Position numbers and translations under genes: made by a program | Source: a virus | Lineage: Duplodnaviria > Caudoviricetes | Strand: one strand, 5' to 3' | DNA length: 64,000 nt | IMG/VR virus record: IMGVR_UViG_3300009151_000071 | Coordinates: 782 to 64,781 of that record | Shown: piece by piece, positions 39,542-48,779 of the stretch | Position numbering within the stretch: the first letter of the stretch is position 1 | Layout of the letters: each line of letters starts with the position of its first letter | The notes under the pieces: generated by a model | Told to the model about the DNA's origin: nothing | Seen by the model: the letters and a program-made list of their open reading frames with translations, nothing else | The model's database searches: none

Positions 39542-39786
39542 CTCAACATAAACAATGTTCTATCGTGCTCTTTGTAAATATAAACACTATAGAGATACCA
39601 GCTATCGGTATCATTAGAATGCACTGATTCGCCGGCCCACTTATAATTAATGTTGTGGTCTGCTAACCAGTTGTCAACTGCCAACTTAAACGGCCCACTA
39701 CTGTTGTACTCATTCTTAAGACTCTTGGCTGTAACAACATTTAGTTCAGACTCTTGTTTTATATATAATGTTGCCATTATGCCCAT
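39532..39786 (-). CDS. Small protein, F-x-L-R-W C-terminal family
   Basis: Ends EHDRTLFMLRWA. Confidence 0.65.
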   Translation of the reverse strand: MGIMATLYIKQESELNVVTAKSLKNEYNSSGPFKLAVDNWLADHNINYKWAGESVHSNDTDSWYLYSVYIYKEHDRTLFMLRWA

Positions 39787-40082
39787 CTCAGCATAAACAT
39801 GGTACGGTCACTATCGTGCTCAAAGTGCAGGACCATACCTTGTTGTCTAATGCCTGTGCCGTACTCAAACATCCAGGCCTCTATAGCCGTTTGATTGTTT
39901 ACCCAAAATACGTAATCTTCAATGATCAACATGAGCTCGCCGTTTATTGGACCTTTGGCGGCTAGAAACTTTCCACCTGTACGTATTTGTATAACGCCGT
40001 TAAGGAATGTCAGTTCCTGCCCGTTGTGCTCTATAGTTAATAACTCATTGCCGTCTGGCAATTGATTAGACATTTTTTTCAT
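39777..40082 (-). CDS. Small protein, F-x-L-R-W C-terminal family
   Basis: Ends LHFEHDSDRTMFMLRWA. Confidence 0.65.
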   Translation of the reverse strand: MKKMSNQLPDGNELLTIEHNGQELTFLNGVIQIRTGGKFLAAKGPINGELMLIIEDYVFWVNNQTAIEAWMFEYGTGIRQQGMVLHFEHDSDRTMFMLRWA

Positions 40083-40363
40083 AAAGTTTCTACATCTTTA
40101 CAAATCAACTTGAGCCATACTAATTCATATTCATCCACACGTTCTTGAACCAGCTCGCCCATGGGCCCTTTGATTAAACTGATACCGTTGGCATTTTCTA
40201 ACCACACTCTAGTACTGTTCTTTATAGCTTCGTCGTGGAAATATCTCCAATGATCAAATTGAGTTGGTTTAATGTCAAAATGAGCTAGGTACTTGTGGTT
40301 ATGTCCAAACACCTTAACTTCATCTGCTATTTCGTAATAGTAATTGATCATTCCTTTATCCAT
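40079..40363 (-). CDS. Small hypothetical protein
   Basis: 94-aa coupled ORF in the array. Confidence 0.55.
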   Translation of the reverse strand: MDKGMINYYYEIADEVKVFGHNHKYLAHFDIKPTQFDHWRYFHDEAIKNSTRVWLENANGISLIKGPMGELVQERVDEYELVWLKLICKDVETL

Positions 40364-40554
40364 ACCAATGAAAAAAATGTAGCATCTTTGTCATTATGAA
40401 ACGTGTAATCTTGATAACCAAACATCATGTCTCTATGCCAACGTAGATTTTTACTGCGATCAAAAAAATCTACAGGTCCAAACTGTTCTTCGCACCAGGC
40501 ACCTATCTTTTGGTGTAAATGATAGTAATTACGATCAAGTCTAATTTCTGTCAT
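40348..40554 (-). CDS. Small protein, F-x-L-x-W C-terminal family
   Basis: WCEEQFGP...YTFHNDKDATFFSLVW. Confidence 0.65.
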   Translation of the reverse strand: MTEIRLDRNYYHLHQKIGAWCEEQFGPVDFFDRSKNLRWHRDMMFGYQDYTFHNDKDATFFSLVWIKE

Positions 40555-40808
40555 TCTCGAATACCTAAGTACTTCAAATTATAAAATGTAAGTGCTGGGC
40601 CTGTTAGCGGAGCATATACTCTAATCATAAATCCATAATCGTGCGAGTCACAAAAGAATACCAAGTCGTCTTCGCCGGTGCAATGCTGTCTAATATATTT
40701 GTACTCATCGCTTTGTTCCCATTCGTGTATGGGAAAAGCCGCGTACAGATACGGGTCTTCTACATCACCCATGCGTATTTCTTTTACCAGGGTTCCTCTT
40801 CCACTCAT
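40551..40808 (-). CDS. Small hypothetical protein (array member)
   Basis: MGDVEDP-LYAA; ends TFYNLKY. Confidence 0.6.
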   Translation of the reverse strand: MSGRGTLVKEIRMGDVEDPYLYAAFPIHEWEQSDEYKYIRQHCTGEDDLVFFCDSHDYGFMIRVYAPLTGPALTFYNLKYLGIRE

Positions 40809-41059
40809 CTGTTAATAAGTCCGCCTACAAATTCAACTGCATGATCATAATCATAAAGACGATGCCCACCTGTTTTTAGTTGAAACATAAGAGCATCTTG
40901 TTCATCTTCAAATGTAAAATCCATGAGCTCTTCTGTGGGATGGAAACGCATACGATCGCCTGGTAACCCAAAGGTCTCCACAGTCCATGCCAGTAGTTCG
41001 TTCCACATATGATCTTTGTCATATGGGTTTTCCCACGGTACTCTAATTGTTATCGACAT
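40805..41059 (-). CDS. Small protein (array family)
   Basis: WTVETFGLPG...FTFEDEQDALMFQLK. Confidence 0.65.
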   Translation of the reverse strand: MSITIRVPWENPYDKDHMWNELLAWTVETFGLPGDRMRFHPTEELMDFTFEDEQDALMFQLKTGGHRLYDYDHAVEFVGGLINR

Positions 41060-41285
41060 GCTGTTCCTTTAGTATTTCCCAGGCACTATTGTGCCAATCT
41101 CTAAGCCACGGCGTACCATCACATTCTTCAACGTGCCGCATCACTGCAACACGACCAGCTGTTTCCATGGCCTCACCCAAAAAGAAACTGAACAATCGTT
41201 CGCCGTTCTTTTTAATTACTATTGACATAGAGCCCGGTTCTATGGTCCAGGAATAATTATCTATTGCCATTTTAATCGAAACCAA
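41043..41285 (-). CDS. Small hypothetical protein
   Basis: 80-aa coupled ORF. Confidence 0.5.
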   Translation of the reverse strand: MVSIKMAIDNYSWTIEPGSMSIVIKKNGERLFSFFLGEAMETAGRVAVMRHVEECDGTPWLRDWHNSAWEILKEQHVDNN

Positions 41286-41449
41286 TTTGCTTGTTCGGTA
41301 TTGTTAAAAGAAAAAGTATATTGTGGGCGAAAATCGTTCATATACAAATTCCAATCGTCTTTGTTGATATGTGTCTTGCACCAAGCGGAAGCTTCGGTAC
41401 ATCGATCAGCACCAGTAATTAAAACTTTATGCGGTAAGGTTATGTTCAT
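41261..41449 (-). CDS. Small protein, F-x-L-K-W C-terminal family
   Basis: AWCKTHI...FSFNNTEQANWFRLKWQ. Confidence 0.65.
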   Translation of the reverse strand: MNITLPHKVLITGADRCTEASAWCKTHINKDDWNLYMNDFRPQYTFSFNNTEQANWFRLKWQ

Positions 41450-41475
41450 ACCTTATTATACATTAAAACAAATTA

Positions 41476-41967
41476 CTAGTCAGTGCTTTTGAGCGTATTC
41501 CACATCTTGAGCTGTTCAGTGAATTCTTTTTCGAGTTCTCGATATCGGTCACCGCATGCCTTGAGTTCGTCAAATTCTTTTTCAAGTACTGGATTTGGTG
41601 TCATTATAGCAAGTCTGGCCTGCATTATAGCAAGTCTGGCCTGCAGGTCTAGTAAGGTTTTGCGTAGACTTAGGCCTTCTATTTCAATATCAGTTTCGGT
41701 TATTTTAACTTTGCCCACAGTCATATTTGGGCTGGCTGTATTAGCCCAATTATATCCTGCTCCTGCACCACCGTTGCTAATAATATATGGGCCGCTTGCT
41801 CCTGTGTATGGTGACCCAGTAATAGTTATATTACCATAATTTGTGTTAGAGTTTCCGCCAGCAGTAAGAGTGAATCCCCCGTGCGGTACCGTATTTGCGT
41901 TTAAGGTATATGTTTTTGCTGTTTGTTTGGTTTTTGGGAATAATGACATTGTGTTCTTTCTGGCCAA
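41476..41967 (-). CDS. Hypothetical protein (low-complexity N-terminus, coiled-coil C-terminus)
   Basis: Probable start MSLFPK (41949); contains in-frame 21-nt duplication. Confidence 0.6.
   Translation of the reverse strand: MARKNTMSLFPKTKQTAKTYTLNANTVPHGGFTLTAGGNSNTNYGNITITGSPYTGASGPYIISNGGAGAGYNWANTASPNMTVGKVKITETDIEIEGLSLRKTLLDLQARLAIMQARLAIMTPNPVLEKEFDELKACGDRYRELEKEFTEQLKMWNTLKSTD
41602..41645. repeat. Perfect 21-nt tandem duplication (QARLAIM x2)
   Basis: cattatagcaagtctggcctg twice. Confidence 0.9.
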
Positions 41968-42000
41968 GAAAAAGCCTATACGGTTAAGTATAGGCTCTTT
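41968..42000 (-). terminator. Intrinsic terminator downstream of the porin gene
   Basis: agcctatac/gtataggct 9-bp stem with flanking T runs. Confidence 0.75.
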
Positions 42001-42019
42001 GCGTTACGTTGTCAACTGA

Positions 42020-43177
42020 TTAGAAGCGATGTGTCATACCAACCACATAAGCGTTTTGAGTAGTTCCTGTAGAAGCTACCACGCTTGGGTATGTTGCTGT
42101 TCCGTATAGTGAACCATAGTTTGCACCACCAGCACCATATGGAGCAAATCCACTAGTACCTTTGTTGGCAGTAGAAGCTACACCAATGTAAGCAGTGGTA
42201 CGCTTGCTAAAGTTGTAGTCACCCACTAGACTCCAGGTTTGCGAACCATTAGCAGAACTGATATTGTCTTTGAGATTGTAATAACCAGCAGTCACATCAA
42301 CCTTGGAAGTTGCATTATACTTGACACTTACTTGACGTAGATCAAAGTCTGTGTTAGCGGCATTGGCACCATTTGGGTTTTGGAAGTTTGCCCAACCAGC
42401 GGCTACCTTGAACTTGTCAATGGTGTAGTTACCACCGATAGTTGTTGTTTCAGCAGTTGCTAACCCAGCGGCACTATTAGATGTCTGATAACTGGCAGAA
42501 CCATTAAACGCACCACGAGTATAAGCCAATGCATACAAACGACGGCTACTTGCATCCAACGCACCAAAAGTTGTGTTATCGGCTACACCGCCAGTTGTGT
42601 ATTGTACAGAACCTTTGAAGCCTGCAATCACTGGAGTGTCTAAACGAACAGCGTTACTCAGGAATGTTGTACCAGTCATGGTAGCAAGACCAGTCTTGGC
42701 TGTGCTTGTGCCACCAAAGGTAGAACCATCATTCCAGTAGTTCAAAGAACCACCAAAGTTACGGCCTGCGTTAACGTCACCAACTGCAAATGATTCAAAT
42801 GCCAAGTTGTCTTGACGACCTAGAGTCATACGACCCAAGCCGGTGTTGTCTAGATAAACGTTTGCGCCACGGCTGAACACGTTGTTTGCTGTGCCCGAAC
42901 TTGAACTAGCACCTTGGCTACCATCGGCTGGATTGATCTGTGATTCAATTTTGAATCCAGCTTTTGTACCGCCACCTAAATCTTCTGTACCAGTAAAACC
43001 AATACGGCTGGTCCACATTGGTGAACTGAGAACTTGGGTCGCGTTTTGACCTGCTGTTCCAACGTTGGTTGCGTTAACAACACCAATGTCCATGATACCA
43101 TAGACACTAACGTTTGATTGAGCTTGCGCCAAACCAAATGCCGCGGTCAAGCCAACAGCTAATAATAATTTCTTCAT
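42020..43177 (-). CDS. Gram-negative outer-membrane porin (betaproteobacterial type)
   Basis: Signal peptide AQA-QSNVSVYG; SRIGFTGTEDLGGG; YNFSKRTTAY; C-terminal VGMTHRF. Confidence 0.9.
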   Translation of the reverse strand: MKKLLLAVGLTAAFGLAQAQSNVSVYGIMDIGVVNATNVGTAGQNATQVLSSPMWTSRIGFTGTEDLGGGTKAGFKIESQINPADGSQGASSSSGTANNVFSRGANVYLDNTGLGRMTLGRQDNLAFESFAVGDVNAGRNFGGSLNYWNDGSTFGGTSTAKTGLATMTGTTFLSNAVRLDTPVIAGFKGSVQYTTGGVADNTTFGALDASSRRLYALAYTRGAFNGSASYQTSNSAAGLATAETTTIGGNYTIDKFKVAAGWANFQNPNGANAANTDFDLRQVSVKYNATSKVDVTAGYYNLKDNISSANGSQTWSLVGDYNFSKRTTAYIGVASTANKGTSGFAPYGAGGANYGSLYGTATYPSVVASTGTTQNAYVVGMTHRF

Positions 43178-43297
43178 TGTTTAATTTCCTTTAATTTTAT
43201 AAAATTTGATAGGTTAACTATCGCTTAGATGTTAACATACTATACTAATATTATGTATGCTAACTATTTGAACTGCAAATTTATTTAGTCCAAATAA

Positions 43298-43326
43298 AAT
43301 GGGTAGATGTGTTAAATCTACCCATT
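43298..43326 (-). terminator. Hairpin/terminator after the metallophosphoesterase gene
   Basis: aatgggtagat/atctacccatt 11-bp inverted repeat. Confidence 0.6.
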
Positions 43327-43334
43327 AACTACTA

Positions 43335-44168
43335 TTATAACTCTATTTCAAACTCATCTGATTTGAATTGATTGGCTCTTTCTTCGTAATTTTGGTATCC
43401 GCGTGGGTTGCACAAAATACGAGTACTACCAATCATGTAATCAAAAACATCATGAGTGTGACCATGAGTCCATAATTTGATCTGTGGATTGTCCAAGATG
43501 AACTCACTGAGATCACTACTGTATGCACCATTCATCAAGTGATCGCCAGCATATTTAGGTTTGATACTGGCCTTGCTTGGCGCATGATGTGTAACAACAA
43601 CAACCTTGCTGGTAGGATTGGCTTCAACAACATCACGGATATACATACGTGACTTATGATGATCCTCTACTGTACGCTCGGGAGTTAGTCTGTGGTACGT
43701 GTTCTTTGCTTCGTTGAACATGGTCACTTGACGATAGTCATTCATCATGGACTTCATATGAAACATAGTGAGGCTATCACCTTTGTTCATATCTGTCCAC
43801 AATGTGGCACCAACAAACACCACATCATCAATAGTGTGTGTTTCGTTTTCTAGTAGAGTTACATTGTCTGGCAATTGGCTAGCAATATGAGCATAGGTTT
43901 TCTGATACTGAAACCCATAATGCTCGTGGTTACCCATGACCATGACCACTTCTCGATACTTGGCACACTCTTCTTCAAAGAATCTGTAGTAACGATCGGG
44001 ACGTTGATCTTTACGCTCGTGTTCAAGCATGACCATGTCTTTATTGTACATGTCTTTCTTGACATGCTTGGCTTCACAAACATCGCCAGATAGAATCAAG
44101 ACATCACCGCCGGGCAAGGTAAGGTCGGCAAAGTCGAGATGAAGGTCAGAAATTACATTTATTTTCAT
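43335..44168 (-). CDS. Calcineurin-like metallophosphoesterase
   Basis: SDLH, SGD, GNHE, THHAP, HGHTH, NPRGY. Confidence 0.9.
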   Translation of the reverse strand: MKINVISDLHLDFADLTLPGGDVLILSGDVCEAKHVKKDMYNKDMVMLEHERKDQRPDRYYRFFEEECAKYREVVMVMGNHEHYGFQYQKTYAHIASQLPDNVTLLENETHTIDDVVFVGATLWTDMNKGDSLTMFHMKSMMNDYRQVTMFNEAKNTYHRLTPERTVEDHHKSRMYIRDVVEANPTSKVVVVTHHAPSKASIKPKYAGDHLMNGAYSSDLSEFILDNPQIKLWTHGHTHDVFDYMIGSTRILCNPRGYQNYEERANQFKSDEFEIEL

Positions 44169-44207
44169 GTATTAATTATAACATTGTTTGACTAAAAAGT
44201 CGACTAT

Positions 44208-44582
44208 TTAGTTGGGTAATTCGTAAAATCTTTTGGTTGTAAGTAACCATCCGATATTGTTGAAATCCATTTGTACTTCTTCAGTGACGTAACTTTCTTC
44301 TACAAAACCAGTAAAATCGGTTCCTTTGAATCCAGTTCCACTACAGTACCATTCGATATGGCTTTCGTCTTCTCTGAGATCAGAAACCAAATTGGCCGCA
44401 TAGCGCCAACTACAATCCCAGGTAATGTTGCTTAGTATTCCCCAAACATCTTTTGGAGCATAGGCATTGTTACATAGTGCGGCGTATAAATTTTGAGCGT
44501 AGATTTCTTTGTGACGGACTTTATCAACGATCCAGTCCGTACCACGTAAATCGCGTTCTAAATTAAACACTTTTCTTGGCAT
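44208..44582 (-). CDS. Hypothetical protein (paralogue of 46038..46592)
   Basis: NLE-DLR, YAQN-YAA-CN, W-CSWR, WYCSG shared. Confidence 0.7.
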   Translation of the reverse strand: MPRKVFNLERDLRGTDWIVDKVRHKEIYAQNLYAALCNNAYAPKDVWGILSNITWDCSWRYAANLVSDLREDESHIEWYCSGTGFKGTDFTGFVEESYVTEEVQMDFNNIGWLLTTKRFYELPN

Positions 44583-44607
44583 ATATTACATATTTACTAC
44601 AACCAAG

Positions 44608-44635
44608 AAAAAAGCTCGCCGAAGCGAGCTTTTTT
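44608..44635. terminator. Bidirectional intrinsic terminator
   Basis: aaaaaagctcgc-cgaa-gcgagctttttt. Confidence 0.85.
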
Positions 44636-44651
44636 GAGCTAAATGTTTAGA

Positions 44652-44918
44652 TTAAACTAAACCAGCTGCCAAAGCCTTGTAACCGGCGGCTACAATACGA
44701 CGACTTGGCTTGCCATGGCGATATTCAGTGACCTGAACGCCGTTACCAGCAACACGCTTGTTGCCATAAATTGCAAAACCAGCGTGACGAATCTCGCTGA
44801 TAGTTGCAGTTGGGTTCTTGATAGAGAAACGCTTTGCGATCTGGCTTGCAGAAAGAGTCTCACCGTTTAGTACTAGTGCGTTAAACAATTTACCTTGTTT
44901 GGTTTTCAAATTAAACAT
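44652..44918 (-). CDS. Winged helix-turn-helix DNA-binding protein
   Basis: LSASQIAKRF-I-NPTATISEIR-x-G-F-x-I; AAGGA RBS. Confidence 0.65.
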   Translation of the reverse strand: MFNLKTKQGKLFNALVLNGETLSASQIAKRFSIKNPTATISEIRHAGFAIYGNKRVAGNGVQVTEYRHGKPSRRIVAAGYKALAAGLV

Positions 44919-44998
44919 TTTATTTTCCTTTAAAATTTAAACGCTGTTATTTAACAGCATGATGCTAGTATAACAAAACTAAATCACGTTTGCAACGA

Positions 44999-45622
44999 CT
45001 AATTTAACCGTTTTAATCTGCGTCCCAAAATAGTTCCATAAACGGGTTGCTCTTCGGTATAGACAACTTCAAATCCGTGATTAAGTAAAAATGGAACTAC
45101 TGCGCCCGACTTACCACTATAATGTCCCCACCATTTATTGTACCATGTATCGTCGCATACCACCAGACTCACTGGTGCCAAGGAACGGATGGCCAACTCT
45201 GCTTGACGCAAATGGGCACGTTGGCTATTAACATTATTCATTTCAGGCATGCCTAGCGTTGCATACCTTTGCTGTTGATCTATGACAAAATCTTCGGTCT
45301 TGTCTGGATGCCAGTCCCAGTCAAAGTTATCTAGATATAAAAACCCAATGTAACCTATATGAGAAGGAAATGATTCTAAGTATTCTTCTCCGGTACTGTT
45401 TACTATTTCAACGTTGTCTAAATCAAGATCTCGTACAAATTGGCAATTCTGTGGATCCATGTCAACTGTGGTCAAGTTACCGGTGGAACTGAACTGCTGA
45501 GCCCAGGCGGCCAGCTGGCGAGTTGACCCGTCATCGCCAGCACGGCCACAACCGATCTCAACCCACGATCCCACTGCAAGCTGATCCAAATAAGGTTCAG
45601 CTTCTAGAAATACTCTGCCCAT
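44999..45622 (-). CDS. Class I SAM-dependent methyltransferase-like protein
   Basis: VEIGCGR, TVDMDP, LYLD, VCDDT, GK motifs. Confidence 0.65.
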   Translation of the reverse strand: MGRVFLEAEPYLDQLAVGSWVEIGCGRAGDDGSTRQLAAWAQQFSSTGNLTTVDMDPQNCQFVRDLDLDNVEIVNSTGEEYLESFPSHIGYIGFLYLDNFDWDWHPDKTEDFVIDQQQRYATLGMPEMNNVNSQRAHLRQAELAIRSLAPVSLVVCDDTWYNKWWGHYSGKSGAVVPFLLNHGFEVVYTEEQPVYGTILGRRLKRLN

Positions 45623-45792
45623 TACTCTTTATCGCGTTTACGACTCATACTAGAGCGTATGTTAGATTCAATGGCCTTAACATAGCTTTTGATCAGGCTA
45701 CTGCGTAGATTATTATCTAGCACCGTTGCGGCAATACGTTTAACTGATTTTGGCACTTTTACTGCCTTTGGGTCATATCCTCTGCAAGTCAT
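45622..45792 (-). CDS. Small basic protein, 56 aa (MTCRGYDPKAVK...), absent from ORF track
   Basis: Fills the gap; TAATG coupling to next gene. Confidence 0.55.
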   Translation of the reverse strand: MTCRGYDPKAVKVPKSVKRIAATVLDNNLRSSLIKSYVKAIESNIRSSMSRKRDKE

Positions 45793-45793
45793 T

Positions 45794-46105
45794 TTAATTT
45801 CCTTTTTTAAGTTCGTTTAATACAAGTTGTTTACTGCGGTCAATATCTTCTTTTTCAATTGCTATCAACATTCTAGAACCTAGTATGTTAATTATGTCAA
45901 TGATAGCATCTCTACCTTGATCAGTTAAATGACAATAATCATGTCCTACACTCGAATGATAAAAATACTTTGAATCTTGTAGTAACTCTTTGATACTGCC
46001 AACCATCATTTTTTCAACATCTTTTGATCGCATACGTTTAATCCTCATCCTTAGGCCACTCACTTGGAGTCCAACCCAATACTTTAAAATCCGCCAATAT
46101 CTCAT
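45794..46105 (-). CDS. Hypothetical protein
   Basis: Probable start MRSKDVEK. Confidence 0.55.
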   Translation of the reverse strand: MRYWRILKYWVGLQVSGLRMRIKRMRSKDVEKMMVGSIKELLQDSKYFYHSSVGHDYCHLTDQGRDAIIDIINILGSRMLIAIEKEDIDRSKQLVLNELKKGN

Positions 46106-46592
46106 CTGTTACTTCACCTTCGGGTACATACTTAGTTCTGGTTTGCCACTGTTCAAATGTCTCACCGCCTGCTGGATCATAGTCACCGTCTAGTCCGCCC
46201 ATTCCTGAGCAATACCAATCAATATAGTCGCCTTGTTCTAGCATATCTGCCACAATGCCCCCGGCACTACGCCAACTACACGACCAGTACTCGTCCTTGA
46301 GAATTGGAAAAGCGTCTAATCGTTGCCACCGTATATTACACATGGCCGCATAAATGTTCTGGGCATACGAATCACTAGCTCGTGCCTTGGCCAAAATCCA
46401 TTCGGTACTACGCAGATCGTATTCTAGATTGTTGTGTTGCCAATCCGGGTCTACTAGATTAGCTTCGTCTTGCTCTTTGGCTGTCTTCCAAAACTCAAGA
46501 TAAAACTCTGGAACTTCTTTACCATCTTCTTTAGCCCGTTCTTTTGCGTTGTCTAATTGAAAGGTGTGGCGTTCAGGACTCTTTGATGCCAT
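46038..46592 (-). CDS. Hypothetical protein (paralogue of 44208..44582)
   Basis: Shared YAQN/CSWR/WYCSG motifs. Confidence 0.7.
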   Translation of the reverse strand: MASKSPERHTFQLDNAKERAKEDGKEVPEFYLEFWKTAKEQDEANLVDPDWQHNNLEYDLRSTEWILAKARASDSYAQNIYAAMCNIRWQRLDAFPILKDEYWSCSWRSAGGIVADMLEQGDYIDWYCSGMGGLDGDYDPAGGETFEQWQTRTKYVPEGEVTDEILADFKVLGWTPSEWPKDED

Positions 46593-46878
46593 TAAGTACT
46601 CGCACTTCAGTTACGTTAGCGACTCGAAATGCTCGCCATTCGCTTTTATCCAGGCACCACACACTTAAGGTTTCTGGCTTATATAAACGAGTTTGATGAT
46701 GTTCATTGACAGCCTGCTGTGGCATTGCTTCAGCTCGCAAAGTGCAAGGCATGGTCCGCACACTTCCATCTACCTTAGTAAATGTAATTTCGCAATCGTT
46801 ACTGCCCAACAGCTCACGCAAATATCGATTCTTAGAATCAACGTCCATTAGTTCAAACAATAGTTCGGTATCGCTCAT
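46573..46878 (-). CDS. WYL_2/SH3 beta-barrel protein
   Basis: TFTKVDGSVRTMPCTL...VWCLDKSEWRAFR; start revised to MSDTE. Confidence 0.65.
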   Translation of the reverse strand: MSDTELLFELMDVDSKNRYLRELLGSNDCEITFTKVDGSVRTMPCTLRAEAMPQQAVNEHHQTRLYKPETLSVWCLDKSEWRAFRVANVTEVRVLNGIKES

Positions 46879-46879
46879 A

Positions 46880-47050
46880 TTAATCCTTTTGCTCTTTTCG
46901 TTGTATGGTCCACGTGCCATCTTTGTTATCGATCCACTCAATGACATCTCCAACTTTCCATCCCAGTTCCTCACAGGCTTCGCCAATATCAATCATGAGC
47001 TCGCCATTGTCATCTTCAACAATGGTCTTGATCCAGTGATATCTACTCAT
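46880..47050 (-). CDS. AbrB/MazE/SpoVT-like small protein, 56 aa, absent from ORF track
   Basis: MSRYHWIKTIVEDDNGELMIDIGEACEELGWKVGDVIEWIDNKDGTWTI; ATGA coupling. Confidence 0.6.
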   Translation of the reverse strand: MSRYHWIKTIVEDDNGELMIDIGEACEELGWKVGDVIEWIDNKDGTWTIQRKEQKD

Positions 47051-47448
47051 CGAGATGCCTCTGCAATTTCTTTATATCCTGCCCAACTTGGATGAATATT
47101 GTCTGCTTGCATACGTTCTGTTTTAAGTACAGTATCGTGATATTCATTTGCAATTCGCCAAATAGCATCACGCTGTACTGGAAACTTGTTACTGGGCATT
47201 ACCCAATACACTCGATCTGCTTTGGTCAATTGCCTAATAGTTCGTAGTTCACTTTCAGTTTTAATATACTTGTGATCATTTGATCCAAGACTAATAATTA
47301 CGTGCTTGGCCATCAACGGAGTATTTTGAATATTTGTATCTAGCCACACTTTGGAATTTATTCCACCTTTTACATACGCAACACATTCTTTACGAACATT
47401 GGCTACACCAACTCCGATACTATCTCCTACAATTAAACATTCTAACAT
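47047..47448 (-). CDS. SGNH/GDSL hydrolase-family protein
   Basis: GDSIG, SLGSND, DNIHP. Confidence 0.8.
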   Translation of the reverse strand: MLECLIVGDSIGVGVANVRKECVAYVKGGINSKVWLDTNIQNTPLMAKHVIISLGSNDHKYIKTESELRTIRQLTKADRVYWVMPSNKFPVQRDAIWRIANEYHDTVLKTERMQADNIHPSWAGYKEIAEASR

Positions 47449-48764
47449 TATATTTTCTCTCCGGGCACAAAGCCTCTAAATCCCTTGAACCTAGGGAACC
47501 TCAGTGAATAACTTCCGTCTTGATTTTGTGTAACAGCATCGGCACGTACTTCCACAATATTACCGATAAGGTTATCCCGACCGGCCCAATAAGTAATGCG
47601 ATTATCATCTGTAAGTCCGCTTCCGACATTTGTGCTAATAAGTTTACCATCGTCTGTTCCTTCTACAATTAATGCACCAAGACGACCAGCATTTTTGCCA
47701 GTGCCTTCTTCGGTGCCCACTACAGTTAAACTAACTTCAATAAATGGCTTTTGTTTAAGCCATGCCACACTACGTTTATTTTCATAAATCCCCAGGGGAT
47801 CCTTGATCATAATACCTTCGTATCCTCCAGCAATGGCACTTGCATTGATATCGCTAAATCGTTTCTGTCCTGCTTCGGTATCCAGGTCCACCATTTCATT
47901 GCCTAGTACACGAATATTGGGCAAGTGATTCTTAAGTGGCTCGTACCAAATTTGTAATGCTTGGCTACGTTCGTACTGTGGAACATCGCACCTACCACGT
48001 TTAAAATCTTCTAAACTCAAAATATCAAATAGGTTGAGTACTGCATCCTGCGATTGCACATCACTTTTGCGATGCACCATACGCATTAGATCCTGGAATG
48101 AGCTACTCATAACTTCACCATCCAACACCATCGGATCCTTAAAGAAGATAGCATTTTTGCTCAACTGCTCTTTAATATGTGGAAAGTTTACTAGTTCTTT
48201 ACCATTACGAGAATACTGATCCACATGCCCACTTGGATAGACGATAGTAATAACACGTACTCCGTCAAGTTTAACTTCAATGAGTTTAGTACCGGAGACT
48301 TTGCTCTCATGATTAGCACCATCGTGAGCAAGTTGACAGCTAAAAACAGGTATGACATAATCTCCATTTATGGGCTCCACAATCTTGTTAATAGTTTTTT
48401 CGCTTATACCGCAACGCAGATCTTTAATAAGGATACGTCTGTACCAAAAATTCCATTCACGCTCTTTGGCATTGAGTACTAGATAGTTAATAGCAACCTG
48501 TGCGGCATTGCCTGTTAGTTCTCTAGTACTCAATTTACGAGCTACTTCCCAAAAATTTTCAGGGCTGAATCCTTTACCGTCGCCACGCTTTTCTTCAACT
48601 TGACGAACACCAAATGTAATTGTACTGTCTAACGCCCATCGTGCTCCTACAAAAAAGTCCGTGTTACCACGATTGGCTTCACGTTCAATGATGCCTTCTT
48701 TGTGAGTACGAGCATTGTTCCACTCCATCTCGTCGAGTACGTCCCAAGGTTTTAACATATTCAT
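47448..48764 (-). CDS. ATP-dependent DNA ligase
   Basis: KLDGVR, SRNGK, LDGEV, FDIL, EGIMIK, WLKQK, VGSG, SLRFPRF. Confidence 0.93.
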   Translation of the reverse strand: MNMLKPWDVLDEMEWNNARTHKEGIIEREANRGNTDFFVGARWALDSTITFGVRQVEEKRGDGKGFSPENFWEVARKLSTRELTGNAAQVAINYLVLNAKEREWNFWYRRILIKDLRCGISEKTINKIVEPINGDYVIPVFSCQLAHDGANHESKVSGTKLIEVKLDGVRVITIVYPSGHVDQYSRNGKELVNFPHIKEQLSKNAIFFKDPMVLDGEVMSSSFQDLMRMVHRKSDVQSQDAVLNLFDILSLEDFKRGRCDVPQYERSQALQIWYEPLKNHLPNIRVLGNEMVDLDTEAGQKRFSDINASAIAGGYEGIMIKDPLGIYENKRSVAWLKQKPFIEVSLTVVGTEEGTGKNAGRLGALIVEGTDDGKLISTNVGSGLTDDNRITYWAGRDNLIGNIVEVRADAVTQNQDGSYSLRFPRFKGFRGFVPGEKI

Positions 48765-48779
48765 ATTATACTATTCTTC

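Noticed and set aside
46879-46992. N-terminal extension of ORF 46573..46992
   Set aside because: Overlaps a better-supported AbrB-like ORF (46880..47050); start reassigned to 46878
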